Shown: one piece after another, positions 50,308 through 63,745 of the stretch | Layout: the number at the start of each line of letters is the position of its first letter | Position numbering within the stretch: position 1 is the stretch's first letter | NCBI RefSeq assembly: GCF_036321535.1 | Contig: NC_087441.1 | Location: 19,530,001-19,594,000, forward strand | Length of the DNA: 64,000 nucleotides | Source: Camelus dromedarius | Lineage: Eukaryota | Direction: 5' to 3' | Notes under the pieces: generated by a model | Databases searched by the model: none | Seen by the model: only the letters and a program-made list of their open reading frames with translations | What the model was told of the DNA's origin: nothing | Translations under genes and position numbers: made by a program

Positions 50308-50791
50308 TGTTACCAGGTCCAAGCTCATCCTACTGGCCACACAACAGGCCACTAAATCAAGAGGTGAGTTGTTAAGGCAAGGAATAGGGACTTTATTTGG
50401 AAAACTAGCAGATCAAGAAGATGGTGGACTAGTGTCCCAAAGAACCATCTTCCCTTAAGTTAGAATTTAGGCTTCTTTTATACTAAAAGGCGTGGGGGTA
50501 AAGCCAAATGTTTCCTGATTCTGGTCAGTCTCTGGAGAGGATGTGTTAATTTCTTCTTTCCTACAGTCATTCACAAGTGGGCTTGGTCAGGATGTTTCTT
50601 ATGAACTAAACAAAGGTATTTTAGCTTAACACTCATTACATGGGAGGCAGGGTTTCCAGAGATGGGTCACTATTTATTATTTAAGCTTATAGGCAACCTA
50701 GCTTTAGTGATTAACTTGTAGCAAAAGCAAGAGAATACAAAGGTAAAAGAAACAGATTGAATATGGAGTCAGATTTGTTTTCCTCTATTCA
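50308..50791 (-). mobile_element. ERV1-type solo LTR (484 bp), sense to AIG1
   Basis: Minus-strand TG...CA termini (tgaatagagg...cctggtaaca); perfect TSD aatt (50304-50307, 50792-50795); AATAAA at 50397-50392. Confidence 0.9.
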
Positions 50792-53700
50792 AATTTGTGA
50801 GTATGATCAATGAATAAAGGATTACTAGGAAAAGCTAGGGTGCGTTAAGAATATCAAGTGTCCTTACAGTTAAGGAAAGATAAATAAATCCTTCTCCAAT
50901 GTGGCCTCAGAAAGCCCTTTTCTCTGGCCTTAACTGATCTGGTCTGACCCTCCGTGGTGCCTGCTTCAGTCCAGGGGAAACAAGATGGCACCCATCGTTG
51001 GAGCAAAGATGTTGGAATCTGTTAGACCCTTGAGAAAGAAAGGTTTTACAAGCGAAGATGAGGAACAGGGAAAGCAAGGAGAGTGAGGCAGGACCCTGGC
51101 AAGGGCCGGGCCTGCTTTCCAGAGTCATGTGCATATTCTTTGAGGCTCTGCCTGAGTTGGCCCTTGATCATATTACTGTCTTTGATCAATTCTCGACAGA
51201 TCATCTCAGGTGATTTCCCTTCAATACCTGCCATGAGTGGGCCACGTCTTATCTTTATTTCCCGTTAATTCATCACCTGTGGACCATGACAGATAAGCGG
51301 GATTCTGAATCAGAGTAATAAAGAGAGATGTCACTGAATGATATTTAGATGTCCCTGGTGTGGTCAGGGCTAGAGATGAAGCAAATGAAACGCACACGGT
51401 TAGAAGCTCCAGCCTCACAGCCTTGCAGGGACAGTGGGGAAAGAACACGCACACAGGGTTTTCAGAGAGTAGGTGCTGAATACATTTCTGTGGAATGAGG
51501 GCCTGGGTGAGGATTCTGCAGAAACCCTGCGGATGCTGAAGGCATGGCCTGGTTACTTACTGTCATTTCAAGCTCACAGGGAGGATGAAGGGGTCTTTCT
51601 GGAAGGGTCTCTCTCACCAAGCTTTCTCCTCCAAGCGAGGTATATTGTATCCAGCTCTTGCCAAATTTAAATTGCATCCATGTTAAAGAGGAAAAAAGGC
51701 TTTAGCACATTCCTTTGGGGAATGGAAACAATTTATTTTGTTTGTTTCTAATGGAGAGGGTTAGCTCCAAAATCTCACTGGGAGGTCTGAGAATCTGGGT
51801 TGAGGACCGCCAGGCAGCCAGAGAGAGAAGGAGAGAGGGATGGAGGGAGAGAGGGAGAGCACGTCACCTAGACCTTATCAGGTGATTGAAACAGCAGGGC
51901 AGCCAGTTATGAAGGCAATGCATAAAATAGAGGCCCTGGATTTAGGTCAGGAACACATATGTAGCTAAGTATTAGAAGAATCAATGTTCTTTCATGATTC
52001 TTTATTTTAGTTTTTTCTTAAAAAAAATGCTTGTTTTGGTTTCAAATTCAAACCTTCCTCTGCTGCTTAGCACAACCAACTACAAAATCTTTTGGGGGGG
52101 CATGGTGGGTGGGGAAGGCGGTTTCTGTTTGTTTTTCCTCCTTGATATTCAGAAAATGAAACTGCCAGGCCTACAGACCACCTTCCTTGGGAGGAGAGAA
52201 GTGGACGGCATAGATGCAAATGACCTGGACGATGACAAGTAATGAGCTTTTGGAAAGATTCTCAGATTTCCCGACACCAACTAGATGATGAGAAACATAA
52301 GCACGATTTCTCATCTGCTGGTGTCCCCTGAAAGCTTATTTTAATAACAGAACCTATTTCCAAAGGGTAGGCTTAGTCTCCTAACGGGAATGGAGGCTTG
52401 TCATTGCAAAGCTGCAAGTGTCAGGATGCAGCCTCAAGGTTAACACGGGTAGCATAAATAACAAGGGTAACGCATCCTTCTCGGCGGTCCCCAGCCTGTA
52501 ATAAGACTGCCTGCATGTTCAGTGATATACGGGCTCTTTTTCTTTTCAGCAGAGAGAAGTATGCTTTGGGTCTTCGAGATATTGTTTGATTGCTTTACAG
52601 AAACCAATCAATAACACACAGGTAAAGTTTTCTGCAAGGCACATAAATCCTAGCATGGGGAGACCAGCTGTTGTGCGATTCTGGATTGGTGCCAGTTTCC
52701 AACTAGGGAGTCTCAAGGAAATGATCCTGAATCTGGGGCTTTGTTTGGATTTCAATGGAACATAATCGGGCGACATCTGGTCCCCCACCTTGTGCTGGCT
52801 TGGCCACGCTTCCTCCGCTGTGGCTCTGGGCACCTCCTGCAGCGCTTCCTGTGAGTGCCAAGCGCCAGTGCCCTGCCTGTCACCAGCTGCCAATCAGTTT
52901 TTCACAGTGGGGGACAAAAAAAGAACTTGAGGCCTTGAAGATGCCTGCTGAGAACGTCTCATAAAAATGATCTTAAAATGCAATTTGGGTCCCACTGCCC
53001 CACAAGTTACTGGACACGAGACAAAAGAGAGTCACAAAATTAACTTTGGGGGTTGGAAAAGCGAGCAGAAGGGACTAGGGATAAGCAGAGGAAATCAGCA
53101 GTGTGGGCACAAGGCGATGGGGAGGGAAAGAAGGGGTGAAGGACCGAATGAATGAGGGCTAGTGATAAACAGATTCATGGACATGCACGCACCCTCAGTA
53201 GTAAGCAGTTCCATTCAAGGGAAAAACCATTTTCACATATTAAATTAGCAAACCTTTCTTTTAAAATAAGAATGCCTTATGTCGCAAGAATGACATGAAA
53301 AACACACACCCATGTACAAAGAATACACTGCAACTACCGCTTTGGAGGCAAATTGACCCTGTTACCCAAGGGTCCCAAGTCCTTTCCTGAGGACTGTAAC
53401 TGAACTCCTGGGACTTACCCTAAAAAAATAATAGTCACCCTAAACAAAACAGATGAACACAAGATAAAAACAAACCCTTTCTCAGCTTAGTAAACAAAGA
53501 TATTTTCCCTAATACTATCTGCAAGAGCAAAATAATAAAAAGTTATCTTCATGACCTACAATGAGGGAATGGCTTTTAAACTAAAATATATCTACTCAAT
53601 GGAATATTATGTAGCCATTAAAATATATTAAGAAAAACACTTACATTATTATATTTAGACATCAAAGGCTAATTATCATACAGAGTTTAAAAATCTTGTT

Positions 53701-56261
53701 GGCAAAATAATCTAAAAGGAACATATTCTAATGTTAACAGTGACTTCTTTTGTGTGAAGAACCATGAGTCATTTTTGTTACTACATTTTTTCTATGTTTT
53801 TCAAATATTCTTTAACTTTCACATACTACTTTATTATTAAAGATAACTTCATTTAAGAGTTTAAAAGAATACACAAAAGAGAATGTGGCATATGTATAAG
53901 AAAATACTCGAATACAGCATTTTCAAGAAAAAAGAAATATGAAGAAATGGGGCACAGCTTACAGTACAAGCCAAGAAGATGAAAAGGACAAATGAGCAAG
54001 TTCCAGATATCAGAAATAAGAGTGAGGAGGAGAGAGAAGCTTAAGTAAGTGATAAGGAAGGAAAAAACCACAGTAAAATGCCAGGACATAGAAAAGGAGA
54101 AGGAAAGGATATTGAATAAAAGTTGTAGGACTGAATACTAGAACCCCTTTGCTTGGCTGAAGGACCATTTAAAAATGCTCGGTCATTGTAAGTAACATTG
54201 GGGTAAGGCCACAAGACTTTACAAACAGAAAAGTCAAAGACCATTGGGCCGAATGAAGGTGAGGCACTGATCTGATTTCTCTTGTACACAGTCATGGCCA
54301 AGGGTCGTGATGTTTCAGGTTTCAAGGGTTCAAACTGGTCCACTGGGGTCCACGTGTCCTAACAAACATTCCTTGTGGTTTTCCACTGCCAGTTGGATTA
54401 GTGGCTTCCTGTTTATCTCTGGTGTTAATTTTATGTATAATTCAGGATGGCAGAGCAGATTTGTTGGAGAAGGAATGTAAAGGGGAGAATATTAGAAAGG
54501 ATTGGAATAACAAGGCATATTTTGAAAACTTCTGAAAAACTGACCACAATGTTTAGGCAGATAAGTGTGAATTGCATGACTCTCACCTGTGGTCCCCCTG
54601 ATGACTTTCTATTCCTGGACTGGCCCTCTGGGAGACTGTAGTGGACAACATAACTGTTATACATCCGTCTATTCCACCTGCTAGACTGCAAACCTTTGAG
54701 AAAACAAGTCTTCAATTCTCAGTTCTGTATGATGTATACTGGCTATCTTTTTCTAATTCTGCCTAAAATCCCTTCCCTCATTCTAGAAAACCTTAAGAAC
54801 CCTATTTCTTAAAACCCATATATGACCAAATACTAAGTTAATATGACTCTTGGCAGAAGGTTCCTTCATTTGAAGGCCATGGCTTCCCAGAATTTCCTTA
54901 GTTTCTCTACTTCTGCTCCACTTTTTGTTTTGCATCTTGGGAATATGATGCGATAAAACAGGGCAGTTCTTGATTTCCAGCAGCACCATGAATGTTAGGC
55001 AGGGCTGCGAGTACATTAGACTTTCTCCCACAGTGAATAATTCTTCCTACCTCTTACTGGTGGATGGAGCCTTCAATTTCCTAGAGGAAAAAAAAAAAAA
55101 AAAAAAAGCCTTGCCAATGATGTCACCCTGTTTTAACAACATGAAGTATTTAATATTTCCTATGCTACTTGGATTATATAAACCCATTTCCCTTCCCCTG
55201 GTACGGTTTAAATTTGCAAGTAGATTTAATATAGAGATGTTTTTGCTAAGCCATAGTGTGAAAACACTTCCTCTTACAAATTCTTAGACTGCCTTCGGTG
55301 ATTTATTTCACGGAAATGCCCGTGGCCGAGCACAGCAGTTACTGAAAGCCTTTTAGCAGCAGCACCGAGAACCTGTCATTCAATTCTCTTTTTCAACAGC
55401 AGGATGAGTTAGGCGCTCTCACTCTCTCCCATAAGTCACACGTCTTCTGAAAGACAATCAATGAGAGAAACTGACCATAAACCAACCATTTGCTTTCCCC
55501 AGAGCCCAAGGATTACCAGCCAACTTAAATTTAAGACACTAACATCAAGGAGAGAAAAGCACTTCAAGAAGTTCCTTAAATCATCGTGAGGCTGGAGCTG
55601 TTTGCTTTGCTCACTGCTCTCTTGGAGGTGTCCTAAACTAGGTTTCTTTTCTTTTCATGAGGCAATGATAACCCTCAGTTAATGGGGTTTCCTCTAACTT
55701 CCCATTTGTGTGAACTCAACCTATTGTGGCGTTAGTTTGGTGGTGATTCTACTTCTCTGACGGTGTTGAGACTCAAGCATTAATAATCTTCCATATGGAG
55801 GAAAGGTGAGGGTTACAATTTGTGTATGTTTCTTTTTAATAAGTTTATCATCCCGCTCCCCTTTTAATTCTGACATTTAACCAAAGCTGCTTTTGCAGGG
55901 GCAAACTTGCCTGCTTAGGTCAAGGTCACCAGTAGTCACACGCCAGCCTAAAATCCAGCCTTGCATCGGCTGCAAGATGCTAACGTTAACGCTGAAGAGC
56001 AACCGTTGTTTTCTTTCCTCCGTTTTGCTCCTCTGCACAGCATCCTTTGAGTGTGGATTATAGTAAGGGTCTCAGGTCATCTCCAAGAAACTCATTTTTA
56101 GTTTTTCTTCCCTTTCCGTTCAAATAAAGAGCTGAAGTTAAAGAGAAAGGCATTCTTTTTGGTTTAGCTTTAATGAGCAAAAGAAAGAATGAGGCCAATT
56201 GCGTGCTTCTCTATGCAAAATATATCAATCAATGAGTTGGAAGCTTTTGCAGGTGTGGGAT

Positions 56262-56520
56262 GAGAAGCATGGTGGTTAAGGTAAGGGCTCTCAATTTAGA
56301 CCTGGGTGGAATTCTAGCTTTTCACTTACTAGCTGTGTGACCTTGGGGCAGGCAGTTAACTTATTTAAATCTCAGTTCACCTATCTCTAAAACAGGGTTA
56401 GCAGAATAACTGTCTAATGGTGTTGTGCAGGAGTAAATCAGACAGTGTATATAAAGCATTCATCATAGTCCCTGGCATAGAGTTAAGTGCTCAATAAATG
56501 TTTGTGTTATCATCATTTAA
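56262..56520 (+). mobile_element. MIR SINE
   Basis: gcatggtggttaagg...ttcacttactagctgtgtgaccttggggcagg...tgctcaataaatgtt. Confidence 0.85.
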
Positions 56521-57114
56521 TTGTTCTAGATGTAGTCTTTCCTTGATTCTCCCTTGTGATTACAGTATCCCAAAGATTTTTGAGTGAACTTGGAATAGAG
56601 TGGACTTAACTGGCCCACACAGGTAATCTATGATCATGGATGAATGAATGAAGGAAGGAATGCATTAAGTTTACTGGTCCCCAAAGAAAAACAGAGGATA
56701 GGAGTAAATCCCAACTATTTAATAAACACTGAATACAGTTATGTGTATTGAACTGAAGCAGTGGGGCGGGGAGGGCTATCTTTAAGAAGTAGAAGACTCT
56801 CTCTGTCTCCATTTACCTCCTTCAACACAACTCTGGCCCACATATTCTATAGAAATTGTTCAGCTGATCTCCAGGTCACTATATCTGAATCTTACTGAGC
56901 TGAAACTTTCTGGGAGCTGAAAAGCAGCAAGTTCAAAGATAAATTCATCATCAGCCATTCTACCATGTCACTGCTCTTCCAATGTTCCCTGTCCTTTATC
57001 CAAACAAGTGCTCAAAAAAGACATTGTATACATTCCCAACTTTGGCTATAAGCATGTTAAACATGAAGAACCTTTATGATGTTCAAATTCATGTGGGTCT
57101 AGAGCTTGGGAAAG

Positions 57115-57480
57115 AATCCTTAGCTAGGTGGCAGGTGAAGCCACGGTGCAGACAAGCTCTCTTAGAAAAAAGGTATATATTAAGACCAGAAGAGGGCCTG
57201 AGAACGAGCCTTGAAGAATTCCGTGTTTAGTGCTGGATGGCAGAAGACGAGCCTGCAATGCATAGTAGAGGAAGTAGCCAGAGAGATAAAAGGAAAGCCA
57301 GAGCATGGAGTATTATGGAAGACAAAGGGAGGAAGATACAAGGACGGAGCCATCAACTGCATTAAAATGAGATTTCTGAGAAGGTAAAGTAAGGACTGAA
57401 AATGTCTATTGATGTCCTGGCAAATGAAAGTCAACAGAGACCTATGTAAAACCTGTGTCAGGAGTTGATGGGCCAGAAGA
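57115..57480 (-). mobile_element. L2 fragment
   Basis: Reverse L2 motifs (attaaaatgagatttctgagaagg..ggactgaaaatgtctattgat). Confidence 0.6.
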
Positions 57481-59862
57481 CAAAAGTTCAGTAGATCTTA
57501 CTAGCCCATATTACCCAATTTATACTCTTGGTTCTAGAGTGTAAGACCTTTCCTTCATTGTTCCTCAAGTTGTTCAACCTGGCTTTTGTTCGTAATTTCC
57601 ACATGTGAGGAGAGGGACCATGACTTATATTTCTGTGTCCTCATGGCGCCTAGGACAGTATTAGAACCTACCAGATAACCCAAGAAACAGAGGATGGTGT
57701 GTTGGCTAGTTAAAGTAGCAGATTAAAAAACCTCGGCTGAAAAAAAAAAAAAATCTCAATTTAGTTTTGACCCAACCTGCATGACCTGGGGGCAAATGAC
57801 ATAAAACATTGCAACTTTTTTTCTTTGCTGAGCCACTTAGAGCCAAAATGTTGTGAGAACCAAACCAAGCCAAGACAAAAAAAAAAAAGTCAACTTAAAC
57901 TAAAGCAAACCAAAGCAAACCAAACCAAATAAAAATAAACAAAGCCCCAAAAGCAAGCCCAAAACGTTCTGTAAAAATATAAATGCTTAACCGTAACAGT
58001 TCAACACATACATATGCAAAAACTTAGCATGCATTTCCAGTGAAAACCCCAAAGACTTACAAGTGTTGCATTTGGACCAGTATCAGAGGTTTAATTTGTT
58101 TCTTAAAAGGTTTTCTCAGTTCTTTGCAGAAGTAGTGAATGAAGATTTAAAAAAATTTTTTTTAATCTAAAAATTGGAACTATTCAAATTTTGTCTAAAT
58201 AGTAAACAGCACATTTCAAACTTCATTTTATTTTAGTGATTCAGGTGTTATTGACTCCAGGAACAGAACGGCTGGGACCCCAGGATCTTGGAGCACTCCC
58301 TAAAAGCCATCAGGCATGGAGTAAGGCAGTGAGCCGCCAGCTGTCTTTGACACTGACAGTGACTTCAGCAAAAGTGACATGGGGGCTTTGAAAGGTTTCT
58401 TTCCAAAATAGCCATTCACCAGAAAGTCATAGGGTGTCTTAAATATTTAGTTTCTGTGACTGCAGCTGCATGCTTTAGGGATAAATGAGACCAAAGGTTG
58501 AAAATGTCTCAAATTCCAATAATATGACTTGGGATTCCCAGTCCCCTCCTGCCATCACTGTCCTAAAGTGAGGAAAAGAAAGTGAGCATTGTCTTAATTT
58601 TCCCATCCACTACTGACATTTTTATAAGAGGCTGCAGTCAGAGGAAATAAATATGTCGCAGCTAATTTTGTTCTTCTTTTTTTCTTTAAGAAAAAAAAAT
58701 TGGGAACATAATTTTCTTCGTTTCTTCTGATATTTTACTATATAGTGAGTGCTAATCAAAGAAAGAAAGAATCAACTAGAAACTGTTGATGGACTGGGAA
58801 TTCCACATGGAGTAGACTTTGGATTCGGGAAATGCCATATTGAGAATATGTTTTTATTTCCAGAACCCTTTTCTCACTCTATTTCAGCTATAAGTTCCAT
58901 TTCTATCTACTTGGTAGCCATGGAAGACTTTGTTTGGATTTAATGTTTCCATTAAAAAAGAAATTGAAGACCACTGGGCAAGGAAAATGTCTAAATCTAT
59001 CAAAATGAAATTTATTGATGACAAATGAAAATGCAGATTTCAGGTTTAAAAAGTCAGTAGCACACATATCCAATAAAAATAGTAGCCCTAGAGATTAGCA
59101 TATGATAGAACCCAAATTAGGGTGCAGACCTACAAGGGCGGGAGAGAAAGTTATGGGCAGGGGTAACTTTTGAAGTATCAGTCATACTCTATGTTCCATT
59201 TAAAATGTTCTAATTTCTTTAGGTTTTTACCATAGTGCCTATTTCCCTACCACTTGTTTTCACTGCTTTCCTTTAGATATTATATAGGCATTAACAACAC
59301 TGCCTATAATTGGGAAGTTCAACTTTATTTACTTATTTTTGCAGTACTATTACTATGTCCTAAATTCATAGTCGCTTTTTAATTGCTATTCTCTTTAACT
59401 TCCTCAGACATTGATTTGATTTATAAAACCATATATTTTCCTAAGCACCTACGCCACCATTTACAAAGGCACTCTAAGACTATACAAAAATGAAAAATAC
59501 ATCTTCATCATTTTAGTCATCTCAGCAGGATAAGAAAACGTGTTCAACTGTTCTCAAATCTTTGGAAAGATTAATGATTTTGTGGCTAAACAGAATATCC
59601 CAAAATCTAGAGAGGACGGAACAACAGGGTTAATAGAATCACAGAATCTTTGTGAAGGATCAGGATATAACATCCCACCAGAAAAATAATTAGGGAATTT
59701 GGTATAAAGCAGTGTGTCCTATCTATTAGAATTCTTTGAAATTCCCATGAAAGGTGTGAACTTTTTTCCTAAAAAAATTCCACAAACGCACACACTCACA
59801 TACACATTTTCATAAATGATTTATGACCTCCGATTCACCCATGGGCATTATTGGTAACCCTG

Positions 59863-60238
59863 TGTTATGGATATAATTATGTTCCCCCCAAATGCATATG
59901 TTGAAGCCTCACCCCACAATGTGACTGTATTTGAAGAAGTAAGGGAGGTTAAATGAGATCATAAGGGTGGGGTTCTAATCCAATAGGACTGGTGTCCTAA
60001 TAACAGAGGAAGGGCCACTGGNNNNNNNNNNNNNNNNNNNNNNNNNNNNNNNNNNNNNNNNNNNNNNNNNNNNNNNNNNNNNNNNNNNNNNNNNNNNNNN
60101 NNNNNNNNNNNNNNNNNNNNNNNNNNNNNNNNNNNNNNNNNNNNNNNNNNNNNNNNNNNNNNNNNNNNNNNNNNNNNNNNNNNNNNNNNNNNNNNNNNNN
60201 NNNNTATTTTGTTCTGACAGCCATGGCAAACTGATCCA
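59863..60238 (+). mobile_element. MaLR LTR (MLT1A/B-like), middle part in N gap
   Basis: tgttatgg...ccccccaaatgcatatgttgaagcc...taatccaataggactggtgtcct ... tattttgttctgacagccatggcaaactgatcca. Confidence 0.85.
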
Positions 60239-60729
60239 CCCTGTGATCCTATGAAGGACAGCGTGGTTTGATTGGTGTTGCTGACTGCAGGCCACTGCTG
60301 TTCAATACCTCACACGGCAATTTAAGAAGCTATTCTGCGTCACACTGGCTGATGCCCCTTCCTGATGGTTGACCTAAGATCACATACTCAGAGCCTTCTG
60401 GAGCGGGAAGGACCTGCTTTCAACAAGCTATCACGTCTCACAAGCTATCACAACTCTAGCAGCATCTTCCTTAGAAAACAAAACAAAAACTACTTTATTA
60501 GAGCTAAAATTGTACATATCTAAGTTAATGACTTAACTAGACCCAAAAAGCACAACCAAGTCAACCCATAACTAGTCCATGAGTCAATATCTAAAAACCA
60601 GAAAAATTCGCAAGAATTTTCAGCTTCAGCTTCTGTTTACAGATGAAACAAGATGTCTAGGATCTTGTCTCATCACAGAGTCTAATTGTTAATGTGCCTG
60701 GGGAAGATACCCACTCAAATGGCTTAAGT

Positions 60730-60818
60730 ATTTTTTTTATTGGTTTTTTTTTTTTTTTGACTTTTTAAAATTGAAGTACAGTCAGTTTACCACGTGTCAA
60801 TTTCTGGTTCAGTCATTC

Positions 60819-60879
<61 letters not shown>

Positions 60880-61085
60880 CATACACACACATACATATGT
60901 TCATTTTAATATTCTTTTTCATTACAGGTTACTACAAAATATTGAATATAGTTTCCTGTGCCATACAGAAGAAACTTGTTTATCTATTTTATATATAGTA
61001 GTTAATCTTTGCAAATTCTGAACTCCCAGTTTATCCCTTCCTACCTCCCTTCCCTCGGTAACCGTAAGTTTGTTTACTATGTCTG
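60730..61085 (-). mobile_element. Camelid/cetartiodactyl L1 3' end with T-tract (poly-A remnant) and internal (TA)~25 at 60822-60872
   Basis: ttgaagtacagtcagtttac...attacaggttactacaaaatattgaatatagtttcctgtgccatacag...aactcccagtttatcccttcc...taagtttgttt. Confidence 0.9.
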
Positions 61086-62243
61086 TTTTTGAACTTGGAC
61101 TTTCCCAGGTGTAATGTCCACCTGGGTCAAAATTTCCACCTAAGGATGGGCCACTTTAGATGCCACTCCCTGCTTCATGTAAGTTACAGAAGCTGCAGCA
61201 CAGTGGAGAAGGCGGCGTGCTAAATACCCTCTCCTCCAAGTAATATGGCAAAGGGGCTTTCCTTCCATCTCCCCATTTTCTCCAGCTCTCTCTGTAATTA
61301 CCGAGACCTGCTACTGTTGCCTATTATTATTTTTGTTTATTTCTGTTTACACCGACAGACCCATACAAGGCAGGAACCCACTTTCAAAGGAATTTTCTTC
61401 CTGCACGGAAGGGAAGAAGCCTTTGAACAGGAAACAGGGTTGGTGGGCACAGAGTTCAAAGTGCCCCCAGTGGCTAGGAAGCAAGAAAAGACTTCAAACA
61501 GGGGAAAGGACCAGTCTTTGATGAAGCTAAAAATTCAAAAGAATTTCTTCCGCTGGCCTGACAGGGAGATTCTTCCACCCTGAGCTGCAGGGAGAGGAGG
61601 TGGCATCTTTACGAACCCATGAGACTCAGTGTAAACAAACCAGGACCAGGAACTTTGGCAGAGGGGGCATCAGCATTGCTGCGGTGGAAGTCTTTGTTTA
61701 ATCTTAAGAATTTAAAAATGGTTTGAAGTGGTCCCTTGAATTACACATTCTGAAAGACTTCAAAAGTGATTTACTCTCCTTGTCGAAACATTTAGCTTTT
61801 CAGTATAAATACTGAGGACTTCAGAGAATGACTACACAGTAAAGGCATCATTGATTATTGGTTCATGGATAAATGTTTTGCCTGGGGATAATCTGTTCAT
61901 ATACATAGTGTGAAATAATTAATGAGTTCCTAATGGCAGAGGCATAGAACCCCTAACTTCCTTTCATGGCGATGCTGAAGACCTGCTAATTGGAGAATTT
62001 GTCCCAGCATCCCAACTTGGCATTTGGAAAGCATATTCTCATAAAATAACCATGGACTAAGTAAATGTAGGTTAAAGTAGTTTGGCTAGCATGATGCTTT
62101 GGTTAAAATGACCTTTACCTTGTGGTAGGCCCAAGAATTTAACTCCACTGTTTCTATAAGGAAATCATACTGAATTCTCAGTTCCAGCTGAGCAAGAAAC
62201 ACAGTTTTGGAACAGGACTCTTTCAAAATACTTTGGGAATGCC

Positions 62244-62787
62244 TATGGTACTTACCAGACAAATTCCAAGACGTATTTTCAATGACACCAGCTTCCTGGT
62301 GTTCATGCCCTTGCTCGAAGGCAGCCTGGCCCACTGACTTGATTCCAACCTGCCGTGCATGGTAAAGTGGACGAGCTACCACTTCCTGATTAGGTTAGAT
62401 AAGACTGAGTTCTGTTTTGCTAGCAGGCTACTTCCCTTGCTGGCTTTTGATGAGGCACGTAGCTCTGTTGGGGAGGCCCACGTGGCAGACCTGAGGTGGG
62501 TATCCTCTGGCCGACAGCCAGCTAGAAACTGAGGCCTTTGGTCCAACAGCCCTTGAAGAACCAAATCCTGCCACGTGCACTTCCAAGGAGACCCTTCCCC
62601 ACTCGATCCTGCATGACCCCAACCTGACTGACACTTTGAACTTTGTGAGAGGCTCTGTAGCAAAAGACCGAGCTAACCCATGTTTGGAGCCCTGACCTTC
62701 AGAAATGGTGAGATGATAACTGTGTGTTGTTTTAGGCTGCCAAGTTGGTAGTAACTTGTTATGGAGCAATAGAAAAAAAACTAAGAA
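62244..62787 (+). mobile_element. MaLR LTR (MLT1E/F-like)
   Basis: ggcttttgatgaggca...gaggcccacgtggcag...gaaactgaggcc...tgtgtgttgttttaggctgccaagttggtagtaacttgttatggagcaatagaaa. Confidence 0.85.
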
Positions 62788-63261
62788 ACCAGGGGTAGAG
62801 CCATCTCACCATTCTGACCTTACTCATCCAAGTTTAGACTAGCACACTGCCATTTCAACTGGGCCTTTAATGCTGTTTCAAGGTAATTTTACTTAACTTA
62901 CTAACTTCTTGTCACATTAAAACTTTTATCACAGAATTAGTCTTGTTGAACCTCCCCAGTCCTCCCCATTTTTTCTCTATTTAATTATGTAACATTTGTT
63001 GGGTTCCTATATTGTCAGTGGATCCTGTACTATGTGCTAAGAGGAAGATGAAGTGGGTGGTAATAAAACTCTAAAGTCTGGCAGGAGGGATGATATTCAG
63101 ATAATGTCCGGTTTCTAAGAAAGAAAGAAAGAAGTGATACAGAAAAGGGATAAGGTGATATGAAAGCTCCAAAGAGCAGAGAAGTTCCATCTGGGGGCTG
63201 GGGTTTGATTAAGCTTTGGGGATGATGGAGAAATGGGGAGTGGAAGTTGCAAGAAGATGTG

Positions 63262-63745
63262 CAGGTGTATCTCAGAGATTTTGCAGGTTCAATTCCAGAC
63301 CACTGCAGTCAAGGAAATATTGCAATAAGTCGAGTCACACACATTTTTTGGTTTCCCAGTGCAAATTAAAGTTAGGTTTACACCATACTGTAGTCTATTA
63401 AGTGTGCAATAGCATCATGTCTAAAAAAATGTACAGACCTTAATTAAAAAAGACTTCATTGCTAAAAATGCTAACCATCACCGGAGCCTTCAGGGAGCCA
63501 TAAAAGTAACATTAGAGGTCACAGATCACAGGTTACCAAAACAAATATAATAATAATGAAAAAGTTTGAAATACTGTGAGAATTACCAAAATGTGATACA
63601 GAGACACAAAGTAAGCAAATGTTTTTAGGAAAACGGCGCCAACAGACTTGCTGGATGCAGGGTGGCCACAAACCTTCAATTTGTAAAAAAACGCAGTATC
63701 TGCAAAGAGCAATAAAGCGAAGTGCAATGAAGCAAGGTCTACCTG
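63262..63745 (+). mobile_element. Tigger1 internal-deletion derivative (Tigger1a-type, 484 bp)
   Basis: Both Tigger1 ends present (caggtgtatctcagagattttgcaggttcaattccagaccac ... gcaatgaagcaaggtctacctg|ta), joined without the transposase ORF. Confidence 0.92.

Noticed and set aside
52228-52242. ORF ending in DDDK* resembling a FLAG/enterokinase tag (vector contamination)
   Set aside because: No DYK prefix or vector context, and the flanks are ordinary genomic sequence; coincidence.
57840-57965. A-rich tract as the poly-A tail of another retrocopy
   Set aside because: No recognisable mRNA-derived body or TSD upstream; treated as low-complexity sequence.
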